A DNA stretch of 64,000 nt, from positions 1-64,000 of IMG/VR virus record IMGVR_UViG_3300046665_000548; one strand, written 5' to 3'. This document shows, piece after piece, positions 8,098 to 17,851 of the stretch. Both the position numbers and the translations under genes were made by a program. The number at the start of each line of letters is the position of its first letter. The first letter of the stretch is position 1. Under the pieces are notes generated by a model, which saw only the letters and a program-made list of their open reading frames with translations, made no database searches and was not told the DNA's origin.

Positions 8098-9657
8098 ATG
8101 ACAAAATCTCCTCGTGAAACTCTCTCCGGCATCCGTGGCTGGATGAGCATCATCAACGAAGCGATTGATCCCGATCAGGCAACGGTGGATCAAGCTGCCG
8201 CAGACGCTGTTCTTGAAGACACACCACAAGCAGCTTTCGGTGACGACGGAGGTTCTACAAGTTCGACAACTACGTCAACTCCACAGCAAGCTTTCGGAGA
8301 ACCAGCAGATACTCCGCAAGCAGCGTTTGGCGAACAGGGCGACACTCCGCAGGCAGCTTTCGGGGAGTCGAAATCATTTCGCGATTACCTCGCGTTGGTT
8401 GAAGGCGATGTAGCAGGTGGTGATCAGCGTAAAGTTGATTCTAAGACCTCGCGAGACGATGACACTCCTGGAAAAGACGAGCCCGTTCTTCCTGGCGTGA
8501 TCGAGAATGCTGAGAATCATCAGAAACACGACCGTGCGCTTGGTGAATATAGCATTCGCGGATGGATGAACGTCATCAGCGAAGCAACTATCTCGGAAGA
8601 TGATGGTGATACTGTTACATCCGGTGATGGCCCAACCGGCGAAACCACCGCAACAGTAGACTCAACTCCATCTAGTAGTACAATCAGTTCTGGCGATGGC
8701 CCAACTGGAGAAACTACTGCAACTGTAGATACAACTCCAACCGCGTCTACCGCGTCCACTGGTGGAGATTATGCTGCCGCTTCCGATGCCGGTAACGGAA
8801 ATAGCTCTGTAGCAGATGCTGGCGCGGCTTCCGACGCAGGTAACGGAAATGGTTCGGTTGATCCGACGCCCGGTGGATCGACTCCTACGGCAGCGTCTCC
8901 CTTCGCATCTGGAACATCGGCTTACGCCAGTCATGGAGTAACCGGCGCTACCCCGGACAATCCTTCTACCATGACTGGTGGGTCTCCGTTCACATCCGGA
9001 ACGTCGGCATATAACAGTTATGGCGCAACGGGCGCAGCGCCAACAGCAGGAGCCGATACAACAGGATCGATTTCTAAGCCTGCCGCTGCGGCTCCCGCCG
9101 CTGGCGCGGGCGGTGAGCGAACTTACACTGTTCAGAAGGGCGACACCTTGTCGGGTATCGCTAAGGCTCAGACCGGTGACGGAAGCCGCTCTAGCTACAT
9201 GAAGATGGCTGCCGATAGCGGGATCAAGAACCCAGACATGATTCAGCCGGGTCAGCAAATTAAGATTGGCGGCGGTTCGGCTGCCGCCCCTGCTGCTCAG
9301 GCGGCTCCTCGCGCGGCGGCTCCAGCAGCAGCGGCCCCAGCGGCCCCAGCGGCGGCTCCTCAGGCGGCAGCCTCGGGAACCGGTGGAGTTGGATCGGATT
9401 CGCGTTATGGTGGCCAGAACAGCGTCGCAAGTGCTCCATCTGGAACTGGCGGTGTCGGTTCGGATTCCCGCTACGGCGGCCAAAATACTCCTGCTCCTGG
9501 CGGGGAAGGCGCTCGTGTTTCCGACGCCGCAAATCGCGGTCGCGCGCCCTCTACGACGGGCAGTACCGGAGCACCGGCAAGCGCCGCACCTGCGCCCGCT
9601 GCTCCGACAGGCGGCGCAAGCGTTCGAGATGCGGCAAATCGCTGGCGTCGCGCATAA
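8098..9657 (+). CDS. LysM-domain, low-complexity repeat virion protein
   Basis: YTVQKGDTLSGIAK...GIKNPDMIQPGQQIKI; several internal repeats. Confidence 0.85.
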   Translation: MTKSPRETLSGIRGWMSIINEAIDPDQATVDQAAADAVLEDTPQAAFGDDGGSTSSTTTSTPQQAFGEPADTPQAAFGEQGDTPQAAFGESKSFRDYLALVEGDVAGGDQRKVDSKTSRDDDTPGKDEPVLPGVIENAENHQKHDRALGEYSIRGWMNVISEATISEDDGDTVTSGDGPTGETTATVDSTPSSSTISSGDGPTGETTATVDTTPTASTASTGGDYAAASDAGNGNSSVADAGAASDAGNGNGSVDPTPGGSTPTAASPFASGTSAYASHGVTGATPDNPSTMTGGSPFTSGTSAYNSYGATGAAPTAGADTTGSISKPAAAAPAAGAGGERTYTVQKGDTLSGIAKAQTGDGSRSSYMKMAADSGIKNPDMIQPGQQIKIGGGSAAAPAAQAAPRAAAPAAAAPAAPAAAPQAAASGTGGVGSDSRYGGQNSVASAPSGTGGVGSDSRYGGQNTPAPGGEGARVSDAANRGRAPSTTGSTGAPASAAPAPAAPTGGASVRDAANRWRRA

Positions 9658-9664
9658 GTTATTT

Positions 9665-9696
9665 GGAGGGTATGCGTAATATTTCGCGTACCCTCC
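9665..9696 (+). terminator. Stem-loop after LysM gene
   Basis: GGAGGGTATGCG...CGCGTACCCTCC; no clear T tract. Confidence 0.5.
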
Positions 9697-9801
9697 TGAA
9701 CCGAATTTCAGTGTTCGGTTTCGAATAATCTCGTTATTCAGTTGACGAAAAGCTAAAACTACCTTAGACCCCTGTCACCGAATTTGTCACAGGAGAGGTA
9801 C

Positions 9802-11463
9802 GTGAGCGCATCATCAGCACAGGCCAAACGTTCAACGGCCGAAGACGTTCTAAGTGAAGTCAGTCGTGGCAAGCAGGCGACAGCGCCTAAGCAGCAGGCG
9901 CAAGCCAAGACAAATATCGAAACAAACGCCCTCTATTCAGCAATTTTCTCGGAGAGCCTGACACCGGAGGAGAAGACCGAACAGGTCTCGTCCGTTCTCG
10001 TCGTCGCTGGTACCAAGGAAGATGCTCGGAACCGCGTCAAAGAGCACAACGATTTCAAGGAATGGCTCCAGGATCAGCGCAAGCTGATGGCCCAGGAGGT
10101 CATCAAGCTCACGAATACCGAGACGTTCTCGCAACTCCAGCAAATTTACGACGAACTCGGAAACGGCATCAACAACTTCGAAGAGAAGATGTCGCCGCTG
10201 ACCGATATCGTGGAAGCGCTGTTCAAGCTGCGCACCAACGGGCAGACGCTTAATACGATCAAGGAAATCTCGGAGCAGAAGAAGCTTCGTCAAGAACTTT
10301 CAAATGTTTTCTTCGAAAAACAGCGCGAAGAAGAGAGCATCACATCTATGCTTCGCCAGTACAACGACGACATTATCACTCTCGGTGAGCAGAAGGGCTT
10401 CTTCGGCTTCGGAGGAGTGAAGGAAGAAGCTCGCGTCGAAATTGCTCGCAAACAGCAGCAAATCGCAGAACTGGAAACTCGTCGCGAGGCTATCGCGGCC
10501 GAGGTTGCCGAAACACAGACGAAACTCGACGGCATCAAGTTCACGGGTGAACTCGCGAACGAAAAGATGAAGCTGAAAGAGCTTCTGGACTTGACCAGCG
10601 ACACGCACAAGAAGCGCGTGGACGATTTGGTCATGGCGGCAAACGGGTTCGTGGATAAGGCGGACACGAATATCGCAGTGGTTCGCAGCCAACTCGGCGG
10701 CATGACTACGCAGGTTGAGAATCTGTTCGATGCGAACAATGACATGTCCCGCGTCTATGCGATTCTGGATGAAGGTGAAAAGCGCGCCGAGATCAAGAAC
10801 GCGGCAATTCGCGACGGGCTTATGCCCAAGGAAAACGAGTCCGCCATCGACCGGCTTGCTCGCGAAGAGAAAAAAATGCTGGTTGAAGAGTTCATTGGCT
10901 CACTCCAGCAGTCATCGGTCGATACAGTTGCCACCTTCGCTGATCTCCAGCGTCAGGCTGGCTCCGTGAAGGGCATGCGCGATTCGCTGAACATGCAGAT
11001 CGTGAAGGCTCGTTCCATGGCGACGCGCGGCGTCGCTGGTGTCGCTGACCGGCTCGCAACGGTGGTCAATGCCGTTTCGCAGGCCGCCGTCAATGAATCT
11101 CAGGCATTCGCCGGAGATGCGCTCACGGCAATGCGTGACTCCACCAACCGCATCACCATGCAGGACACCATCAAGAATGCGATGGGTCTGAGCGACGTGA
11201 ACGTGGAATTGGAGAAGGCCCTTGCCGATCTTGGCGAGTTCACCGAGGTTCAGCGCAAAGCTACTGACATTGCGCGTGAAAACCTCACCGACATGCGCGG
11301 CCTCGCAAATCGCATGATGGACGCTGCCCGAGATACTGCCTCGGCCGTCCAAGACAGCCTCGGCGTTGCTGCGGATACTTTCCGCGAGAAGAACGTCGAT
11401 GCTGCTCGTACGGACACCGCCGTTAACAGCGGTGCTTCACCATTCAAACTTGGAAAGGTTTAA
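9802..11463 (+). CDS. Long coiled-coil protein (possibly TelA/KlaA-like)
   Basis: GGAGAGG SD before GTG 9802; heptad-rich; KGFFGFGG patch. Confidence 0.8.
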   Translation: MSASSAQAKRSTAEDVLSEVSRGKQATAPKQQAQAKTNIETNALYSAIFSESLTPEEKTEQVSSVLVVAGTKEDARNRVKEHNDFKEWLQDQRKLMAQEVIKLTNTETFSQLQQIYDELGNGINNFEEKMSPLTDIVEALFKLRTNGQTLNTIKEISEQKKLRQELSNVFFEKQREEESITSMLRQYNDDIITLGEQKGFFGFGGVKEEARVEIARKQQQIAELETRREAIAAEVAETQTKLDGIKFTGELANEKMKLKELLDLTSDTHKKRVDDLVMAANGFVDKADTNIAVVRSQLGGMTTQVENLFDANNDMSRVYAILDEGEKRAEIKNAAIRDGLMPKENESAIDRLAREEKKMLVEEFIGSLQQSSVDTVATFADLQRQAGSVKGMRDSLNMQIVKARSMATRGVAGVADRLATVVNAVSQAAVNESQAFAGDALTAMRDSTNRITMQDTIKNAMGLSDVNVELEKALADLGEFTEVQRKATDIARENLTDMRGLANRMMDAARDTASAVQDSLGVAADTFREKNVDAARTDTAVNSGASPFKLGKV

Positions 11464-11472
11464 GCGGCTCTA

Positions 11473-11498
11473 AGGGGAGGGTAATTCAGCCCTCCCCT
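11473..11498 (+). promoter_or_regulatory. Intercistronic stem-loop
   Basis: AGGGGAGGG...CCCTCCCCT. Confidence 0.5.
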
Positions 11499-11500
11499 AC

Positions 11501-13711
11501 GTGTCTCCAATGGATTTCATGATTCCTATGTCATCTTCTTATCTCATTCGCGGTGCGGATTATCTTGCCAACTATCCTGATTTCCAACTAGTTGGGCGAG
11601 ACGCCGATCTACGAAAGCTTTCATCAATTCTGATCCGCAAAGAAGCCAATTCGACGCTTCTTGTAGGTCCGGAAGGCGTTGGCACGACCGCTCTTTGTCT
11701 CGGCCTTCAGGCCAGCAAGAGCGATCCGGATGCCCCCTTCGACATCGTTAGCAAGCGTCTGCACTGGCTCGACACCGATGGACTTTTTTCATCCGGCGAC
11801 GGCCAGAAAATCAATGAGTTTTTCCAGAAGGCGATGGACGAACTGTCTCAAACGCCTGACTCGATTCTGATCATCGAAGATACGCGAGATTTCATTGAGG
11901 GCTCTCGCAAGTCCGGCAACGATCACTTCATCAACGCCATCACGATGGCGGTGAAGGCTCAAAAGACCCAGGTCATTCTAGAGGTCCGTGACGGCGATCT
12001 CGATCAAGTTCTTAAGTGGCATAGTGACCTTCGCGAGTCCTATACGCTGCTCGATCTCGAAGAGCCGGTTGGCGACGATTTGAAGAGGATTGTCGAAGGC
12101 GTATCCGCATCACTGACGAAGCATCACGGCATCCCGGTCTCGGCCGACGCCCTTCAGGCTGCTATCGATCTGACCAGCAAATATCGCACCGACGATGGTG
12201 TGCTTCCCGTTGCGCAGCCGAAGCGCTCGCTGGCGCTGCTTGACCGTGCGCTATCCACCTATCGATTGGAAGCCCACAAAAATCCACCGGGACTCTCTGC
12301 GCTCCAGCAGATGCTTGCGCGCGCCGAGTCGGCAGAAGCCACTCAGAGCGTGCAGGGCGAAATCGACGCGTTGCTCAAGGAATGGAACGCTCGTCAGACC
12401 GAGATCAAGCGGCTGTACGGAGAGCAGCGCAAGGGCGAGATCAACATCATCGAGTTGAAGGACGAACTCGTTGAAACCCAGAAGAAAGAAGAGGCTCGAC
12501 GCGCTCAGCCAAAAGAAGATGGCAAGAGCGAACAGGAGCAACAGGCCCCTCGACGCATCGGTCTTTTCACAAAAGCTGCGGCGATGGGAGGCTTCGACTC
12601 GGAAGAGGTGGCAAGTCTCAAAACTCGCATTGGCCAGTTTGAAACCGAACTGGAAAGCAACCGCGATGCATTCCGTAAGCTGACCGAAGAGATCAACAAA
12701 GACCTTCAACTCAGCCGCCCCATTGTGGTGGCGGAGTTCAGCCGTATTTCTGGTATCTCGGCCAACAAGCTTGACGAGGACGAGAGGGCAATTCTGCGCA
12801 ATCTGGACGCTACGTTGCGCACAGACGTGTTCGGTCAGGACGAGTCCATTCTTAAGGTTTCAAACGCTATCAAGGTGGCTCGCGTCGGCCGCCGCAATCG
12901 CAGCAAGCCACAGGCTTCATTCATGTTCCTCGGGCCATCCGGGGTCGGCAAGACCCAGGTAGCCAAGTCTATCGCCAAGGCGCTCAAGGGCGACGAAAAA
13001 GCCATGCTGCGCCTCGACATGTCGGAGTACATGGAAAAGCACGCAGTCGCTAAACTGATCGGCGCTCCTCCGGGCTACGAGGGTTTCGAAGCTGGCGGTA
13101 TTCTGACCAATGCCATGCGCAAGGACCGAAATCGGATCATCCTTTTCGATGAGATCGAGAAGGCGCATCCGGACGTGTTCAACATCCTGCTCCAGGTGCT
13201 TGATGACGGTCGTCTGACTGACAACATTGGCCGCGTTGTGTCATTCGATGAAGCAATCATCATCTGCACGACCAACACTGGTCAGCCACATTTCCTCGAT
13301 CAGAGCTTGAGCTTCGAGGAAGCCGAGCGACGGGCTCTGAAGGACTTGGACGAGACCTACCGGGCCGAGTTCCTGAACCGGTTTAACGGTCGGCAGAACA
13401 TCCTGTGCTTCAATCGCCTTGGTCTCGATTCCATCGAGAAGATCGTTCAGCGTGAACTTCGCGATCTCGATGCCGCATACACGGCGGAAGGTGTTTCGTC
13501 GGAAATCAGCAAGGAAGCAATCAAGAGCTTCTGCGCCGATCATTACGATCCGCGCGTGGGTGCTCGTGGCTTGCCCGGCTACATCCAGTCGAACCTTGAA
13601 CCGATCATCGTGGATCGAATTCTCGATCTTCCGAACAGCCACGGCGTGTTCAAGATCGATTACAATAAGGCGAACCGCATCTTTGACGTGCAATTCGAGG
13701 AGGCGGCATAA
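11501..13711 (+). CDS. clpB: ClpB-like AAA+ chaperone without N domain, NBD1 degenerate
   Basis: NBD2 FLGPSGVGKT, RLDMSEYMEKH, LIGAPPGYEG, LFDEIEKAHPDV, GAR; NBD1 GPEGVGTT; start uncertain. Confidence 0.9.
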   Translation: MSPMDFMIPMSSSYLIRGADYLANYPDFQLVGRDADLRKLSSILIRKEANSTLLVGPEGVGTTALCLGLQASKSDPDAPFDIVSKRLHWLDTDGLFSSGDGQKINEFFQKAMDELSQTPDSILIIEDTRDFIEGSRKSGNDHFINAITMAVKAQKTQVILEVRDGDLDQVLKWHSDLRESYTLLDLEEPVGDDLKRIVEGVSASLTKHHGIPVSADALQAAIDLTSKYRTDDGVLPVAQPKRSLALLDRALSTYRLEAHKNPPGLSALQQMLARAESAEATQSVQGEIDALLKEWNARQTEIKRLYGEQRKGEINIIELKDELVETQKKEEARRAQPKEDGKSEQEQQAPRRIGLFTKAAAMGGFDSEEVASLKTRIGQFETELESNRDAFRKLTEEINKDLQLSRPIVVAEFSRISGISANKLDEDERAILRNLDATLRTDVFGQDESILKVSNAIKVARVGRRNRSKPQASFMFLGPSGVGKTQVAKSIAKALKGDEKAMLRLDMSEYMEKHAVAKLIGAPPGYEGFEAGGILTNAMRKDRNRIILFDEIEKAHPDVFNILLQVLDDGRLTDNIGRVVSFDEAIIICTTNTGQPHFLDQSLSFEEAERRALKDLDETYRAEFLNRFNGRQNILCFNRLGLDSIEKIVQRELRDLDAAYTAEGVSSEISKEAIKSFCADHYDPRVGARGLPGYIQSNLEPIIVDRILDLPNSHGVFKIDYNKANRIFDVQFEEAA

Positions 13712-14514
13712 TGACCAGTTGGCTCATTTGGGCAGCGGTGATCTTCGGCGTCACGTCGATTGTCGTCAATCGCGTGCTGCACTCCCCCGTGGGCCTCATT
13801 GGTGCGACCTCATATAGTGATGCGATCCGTCAGGGTCGCATCATTGAGGCCGGAATGCGGTTCATCTTTCAGTTCATCCAGGGATTGGTATGGTTCTTCC
13901 AGAATGTCCTTTACTGGCCTTGGAGCGTCGGCCGTCGCTTTGTTCTATGGGCTTGTAAGCGTTATTACGCACTGTGGCGCTGGGTCGTTATCGGCAAGGA
14001 CGGCTATAGTTCGAAGCCGCGCGCCGGTATGATGGTTACTGCTACGGTTCTTGCATCGGCATTCGCGATCCCTTTCACGATTTCCATGGCTGAGCTTGCT
14101 GGCGACACCTTCATGTATACCGTCTTTGGCGAGGAAGAGGTCGTATTCTTGCACAACACTCACCTCAGTGAGAAAGGCAAGACACATACTATTGACGGCA
14201 GCTTCACGTATCCAAGCTCTCCCGATACGTCTTTGTACTACGTTGTGGAAGACGACGTATTCAGCAACATCTGGAGCATCGCCAAGCATGGTCGGCTATT
14301 TTACCCGGATAGTGTAGCAAGCTCTGTGCCTCCGGTGCCGAGCCGATGTAAAATCGTGAGCTTCGGTGTGCGTCAAAAGTTCTTTGTGCAGCGCTTGCAA
14401 ATCTATCCACAGATGCTCTATGCGACCTGTTGCCCAGACCAGCATGTTTGTCCGTCTGTTGGCGACATCAAACAGTCGGCCATCTTGCAGCAACCAGTCG
14501 CGAAGAATGATTAG
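13711..14514 (+). CDS. Membrane protein
   Basis: Hydrophobic segments; coupled to clpB stop. Confidence 0.75.
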   Translation: MTSWLIWAAVIFGVTSIVVNRVLHSPVGLIGATSYSDAIRQGRIIEAGMRFIFQFIQGLVWFFQNVLYWPWSVGRRFVLWACKRYYALWRWVVIGKDGYSSKPRAGMMVTATVLASAFAIPFTISMAELAGDTFMYTVFGEEEVVFLHNTHLSEKGKTHTIDGSFTYPSSPDTSLYYVVEDDVFSNIWSIAKHGRLFYPDSVASSVPPVPSRCKIVSFGVRQKFFVQRLQIYPQMLYATCCPDQHVCPSVGDIKQSAILQQPVAKND

Positions 14515-15136
14515 TCTCGTACAGTGTGGTGCTGCCAGAGCTTTGCTTGGCTGGACTCATAATGATCTGGCCGCGAAGACCAATGTGCCGGTATCCGTAA
14601 TTGTGGACTTCGAAAGTGGTACGAGTACGCCACCGAGAGAGACTTTAGTCGAACTCCGGTTAGCGTTCACTCTCGAAGGTTGTGTGTTTCGCGACGGCGG
14701 GGTTACGCATCCGCCGCTACGGGACCGCCTTGAACAGAACGAGCGCAAGAACCGCAAAGATGAAAAAGCGCAGCAGAACCTCGCGGACATGAGCAACGAT
14801 GAACTGATGACGCTCCGCGTGACGCTCAATACTGAGCTAGCCGTTGTAAAACGCCAACAGAGCGGAATCATCTCTCGCATCACGACTATCAGCAACGAAT
14901 TGCGTCGTCGGAAGAGCCCCGGCGACACTGTTGATGTGAGCGAACACGCGGTCGTGCGGTATCTGGAACGCCTTCACGGCGTCAACGTGCGTGAAATTCG
15001 TCGCAAGATTAGAGATGCAATTCCGGCTGACGCTGTTCGGGGAGACAAGTTCACAGTAGACGGCATTACCTATGTGATTTCCCACAACGGTCGTGTTACG
15101 ACTCTCTATGAGGACGAATCCTCCGCCGAAGTTTAG
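14507..15136 (+). CDS. XRE-family HTH protein with C-terminal HAxxRxxER domain
   Basis: QCGAARALLGWTHNDLA...IVDFESG; VSEHAVVRYLERLHG. Confidence 0.75.
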   Translation: MISLVQCGAARALLGWTHNDLAAKTNVPVSVIVDFESGTSTPPRETLVELRLAFTLEGCVFRDGGVTHPPLRDRLEQNERKNRKDEKAQQNLADMSNDELMTLRVTLNTELAVVKRQQSGIISRITTISNELRRRKSPGDTVDVSEHAVVRYLERLHGVNVREIRRKIRDAIPADAVRGDKFTVDGITYVISHNGRVTTLYEDESSAEV

Positions 15137-15145
15137 GAATGTCTC

Positions 15146-15958
15146 GTGTATTGGTTGCTGCAACATAATCTGTTTCATGAAAAAGGAATGCGAGACCTGA
15201 TCGCATTTCTGGAACGCATGGGCATCCCGCACTCCGAACACAAGATCATTCCGTTCGTGGGAGAGCTTGAGCCTGACATCGATATTGAAGGCGATGTCAT
15301 TTGTATCGGATCATACTCGATGCGCCATCTTGCCAAGCGCAAAGGATGGGTGCCGGGTGTGTTCGATATGGACGGCATCACATACGAGGACTGTATCAAA
15401 AAGTGGGGCACGGATATGCTCAACTACGATGCGGTTATTGTGCCTCTGTACGACGCTCTAGAGACCTTCGACAGGGTAAATGAAGACGGGTTGATCTTCA
15501 TGCGTCCCATCGCTGACTCCAAAGATTTTGCTGGCGCAGTATTCGAGCGAGGACCGCTCGAATATTTGTGGAAGGGAATCGATTCCTTGGGGGACGAGGC
15601 CGATCCTGCGGGGCTCCGACGAGACACCCTCGTGATGATGTGCGCACCGAAGAACATTGCCCGTGAATATCGCTTCTGGATCGTAGACGGGCGAGTTGTG
15701 ACGGGATCACAATACAAGCTTGGTAGCCGCGTCCTGTACTCAAGTGACATAGACCCGGACGTGAAAACGTTCGCAGTCAGCCGGGTGGCTTCGATCTCAG
15801 TAGATCGTTGGAACCCGTTGAGGGCCTTTGTGCTTGACGTGGCGCTGATGCGGGACGGCTCCAAGAAAGTTGTCGAACTGAACACTTTCAATGCGGCCGG
15901 TCTCTACGCAGCCGATGTAGCAAAAATCGTAGAAGCGATTGAGGGCATGAGATTCTGA
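15146..15958 (+). CDS. ATP-grasp protein (DUF4343/R2K-like)
   Basis: FMRPIADSKDFAG, EYRFWIVDGRVVTGSQY, FVLDVA, VVELN...GLY. Confidence 0.85.
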   Translation: MYWLLQHNLFHEKGMRDLIAFLERMGIPHSEHKIIPFVGELEPDIDIEGDVICIGSYSMRHLAKRKGWVPGVFDMDGITYEDCIKKWGTDMLNYDAVIVPLYDALETFDRVNEDGLIFMRPIADSKDFAGAVFERGPLEYLWKGIDSLGDEADPAGLRRDTLVMMCAPKNIAREYRFWIVDGRVVTGSQYKLGSRVLYSSDIDPDVKTFAVSRVASISVDRWNPLRAFVLDVALMRDGSKKVVELNTFNAAGLYAADVAKIVEAIEGMRF

Positions 15959-16233
15959 TGGACCGGTTGTTCGAAGAGCTTCGTCAATTATCGGCTCAAT
16001 ACGAAATCAAGGTCTTTACGGCCCAACAGTATCCCCGGCCTAAATTTTCACCTTTTTACCGGCCAGGGGCGGCCGAGCAGATTACCGCGTCGGCGCAGAT
16101 TATCATGATCGATTATACATCGACCTTAAACAACCCCAAAACGCTTGACACAGACCAAATACATGGTAGATTGAGTGCATCCACTGAGGGAGCACCTGAT
16201 GCCGCGCTACGTCGGTTACCACGAGACTCGTGA
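15958..16233 (+). CDS. Short ORF resembling a DnaB/gp41 helicase fragment
   Basis: FEELRQLSAQYEIKVFTAQQ; IIMIDY. Confidence 0.4.
   Translation: MDRLFEELRQLSAQYEIKVFTAQQYPRPKFSPFYRPGAAEQITASAQIIMIDYTSTLNNPKTLDTDQIHGRLSASTEGAPDAALRRLPRDS
16145..16172 (+). promoter_or_regulatory. Sigma70-type promoter
   Basis: TTGACA-N16-TAGATT. Confidence 0.65.
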
Positions 16234-16645
16234 ACTGCCGTTCAAGCGCGGCGATAAGGTCATTATTCCGGTCGGAACTCGCGTTCGCTCCTATAACCCG
16301 TCCAAGAAGGATTGGGTGACGACGCGCAAGCAGGTTGTGACCGTCAACACGCTCATGAACGGTATGTCGGTATACCCCAGCCACACGAAGCTCTCTGATA
16401 TCGAGAGCATGTGCCGGGGGAAGAACATTGACGTTAATTCCCATTATATTCGATGGGAACTGCTCATCGCCCAGGCTCATGCAGAACAGGACCCTACCGT
16501 TCGTTCGATGCTCTACCGCGAGCATTACGACTACAGGATTCCGGTCGATAACCCCACGGTTCAGTGGGCCGGAACTGGTGGGTATTGGGCATGGGTGGAC
16601 ATCAACGATATCCTCGCCGCCAATGCCGTTCAGGAGGCCGCATGA
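16199..16645 (+). CDS. Hypothetical protein
   Basis: GGGAG SD before ATG 16199. Confidence 0.75.
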   Translation: MPRYVGYHETRELPFKRGDKVIIPVGTRVRSYNPSKKDWVTTRKQVVTVNTLMNGMSVYPSHTKLSDIESMCRGKNIDVNSHYIRWELLIAQAHAEQDPTVRSMLYREHYDYRIPVDNPTVQWAGTGGYWAWVDINDILAANAVQEAA

Positions 16646-16833
16646 TCGTTTATCGCGGCGGCACTGCATTCTGTCTCGCTGCTCAGCGGCTTGGCGTCCT
16701 GATAGATGCTGGAGACTATTACACGCCCGGTCGGGCGGAGGTTCCTGCTTCGGATGCTTCGGCCTTCGAGCAATTGCTGTCCGAATCATCTATTCCTTTC
16801 ACTCGCGTTACCATGGGAGACCTCAATGGGTAA
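16642..16833 (+). CDS. Hypothetical protein
   Basis: GGAGG SD; ATGA overlap. Confidence 0.65.
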   Translation: MIVYRGGTAFCLAAQRLGVLIDAGDYYTPGRAEVPASDASAFEQLLSESSIPFTRVTMGDLNG

Positions 16834-17107
16834 TATCGTCTACTCCAGCGAGTTCGGCGTCCCTGAGAATGAACAGGGGTTTGGGCTCAACATTGAGGAC
16901 GGCGGTCAAGCCGTCATTGTTCACGCGGGGAAAACGGGTGACGACCATTGCTTCTTTGTGAGGCTCCAGTCGTGGGATGCCCTTGGCGTTCGTCCTCGTG
17001 CCACTCGTGAGAAACCGAACCCGCCCCTCCCCGAGGGGAGTCATCCGCTTATGCAGTCGCTGTTCGGTAAGCGCGTGCGCGTGACTGTCGAGGTTCTGGA
17101 CAAATGA
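16826..17107 (+). CDS. Hypothetical protein
   Basis: GGGAG SD; operon position. Confidence 0.65.
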   Translation: MGNIVYSSEFGVPENEQGFGLNIEDGGQAVIVHAGKTGDDHCFFVRLQSWDALGVRPRATREKPNPPLPEGSHPLMQSLFGKRVRVTVEVLDK

Positions 17108-17577
17108 ACCTCGAACTGGTTGCCGCCGACAATCCGATCTTGCTTACCCCGACCGTCTCATTCCCCTTCGAGAAAGAGGATGCCGAGAAGGTCGCGGAAG
17201 CGATGATCAAGGTGATGCAGGATAAGCGTGGCCTGGGGCTAGCGGCTAACCAAATCGGTTTGCCTTGGTCTATGTTCGTGCTCGATCCCATTCCGCGCGT
17301 CATATTCAACCCGGAGATCATTGCGCACGATGGGGACGAGCTACTGCAACTTGAGGGGTGTTTGACCTATCCCGGCCTCTACGTGAAGATCAAGCGATAC
17401 CAGCACGTCACGGTGCGCTTTCAGGACCGTACCGGTGCGTTCCAGGAGCAGACCTTCTCGGATATCTCGGCTCGTATCGTTCAACACGAAATGGGCCATC
17501 TAGACGGAAAGATTTTCTACAACAAGGCGTCGAGGTTTCATCGCGACGCCGCTCTCAAAAAGTGGAACAGGTCATGA
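17104..17577 (+). CDS. def: Peptide deformylase
   Basis: GLGLAANQ, EGCL, QHEMGHLDG. Confidence 0.95.
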   Translation: MNLELVAADNPILLTPTVSFPFEKEDAEKVAEAMIKVMQDKRGLGLAANQIGLPWSMFVLDPIPRVIFNPEIIAHDGDELLQLEGCLTYPGLYVKIKRYQHVTVRFQDRTGAFQEQTFSDISARIVQHEMGHLDGKIFYNKASRFHRDAALKKWNRS

Positions 17578-17840
17578 AGAGGCTTTCGAATTTCATTCAG
17601 CGCGCATCGAGCACCAAGAAGGTTGATCCGGTACAGGGTCGTATGCTGCTCGACGTGGAGCAACTGATCATGTATTCGGGCGCAACGTTCGGCTACACGA
17701 CGTTCGACGCGGCCGATGTTTCCAAGCCAATTCACCTTGGCGATGGCAACGTGGTCTTTCCGGAGGGTTGGACGACGGCGCAGTGCGCTCAGTGGAGGGC
17801 TGAGAACAATCTCGTTGTGCGCAATATGAGCGTACATTAA
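17574..17840 (+). CDS. Hypothetical protein
   Basis: ATGA overlap with def. Confidence 0.6.
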   Translation: MKRLSNFIQRASSTKKVDPVQGRMLLDVEQLIMYSGATFGYTTFDAADVSKPIHLGDGNVVFPEGWTTAQCAQWRAENNLVVRNMSVH

Positions 17841-17851
17841 AGGGGAAGACT

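Noticed and set aside
8662-9483. Long antisense or alternate-frame ORFs (also 22897-23577, 33501-34196, 37649-38638, 54526-55260, 58437-59126)
   Set aside because: They lie over well-supported genes and show no motifs; expected from codon bias and low complexity
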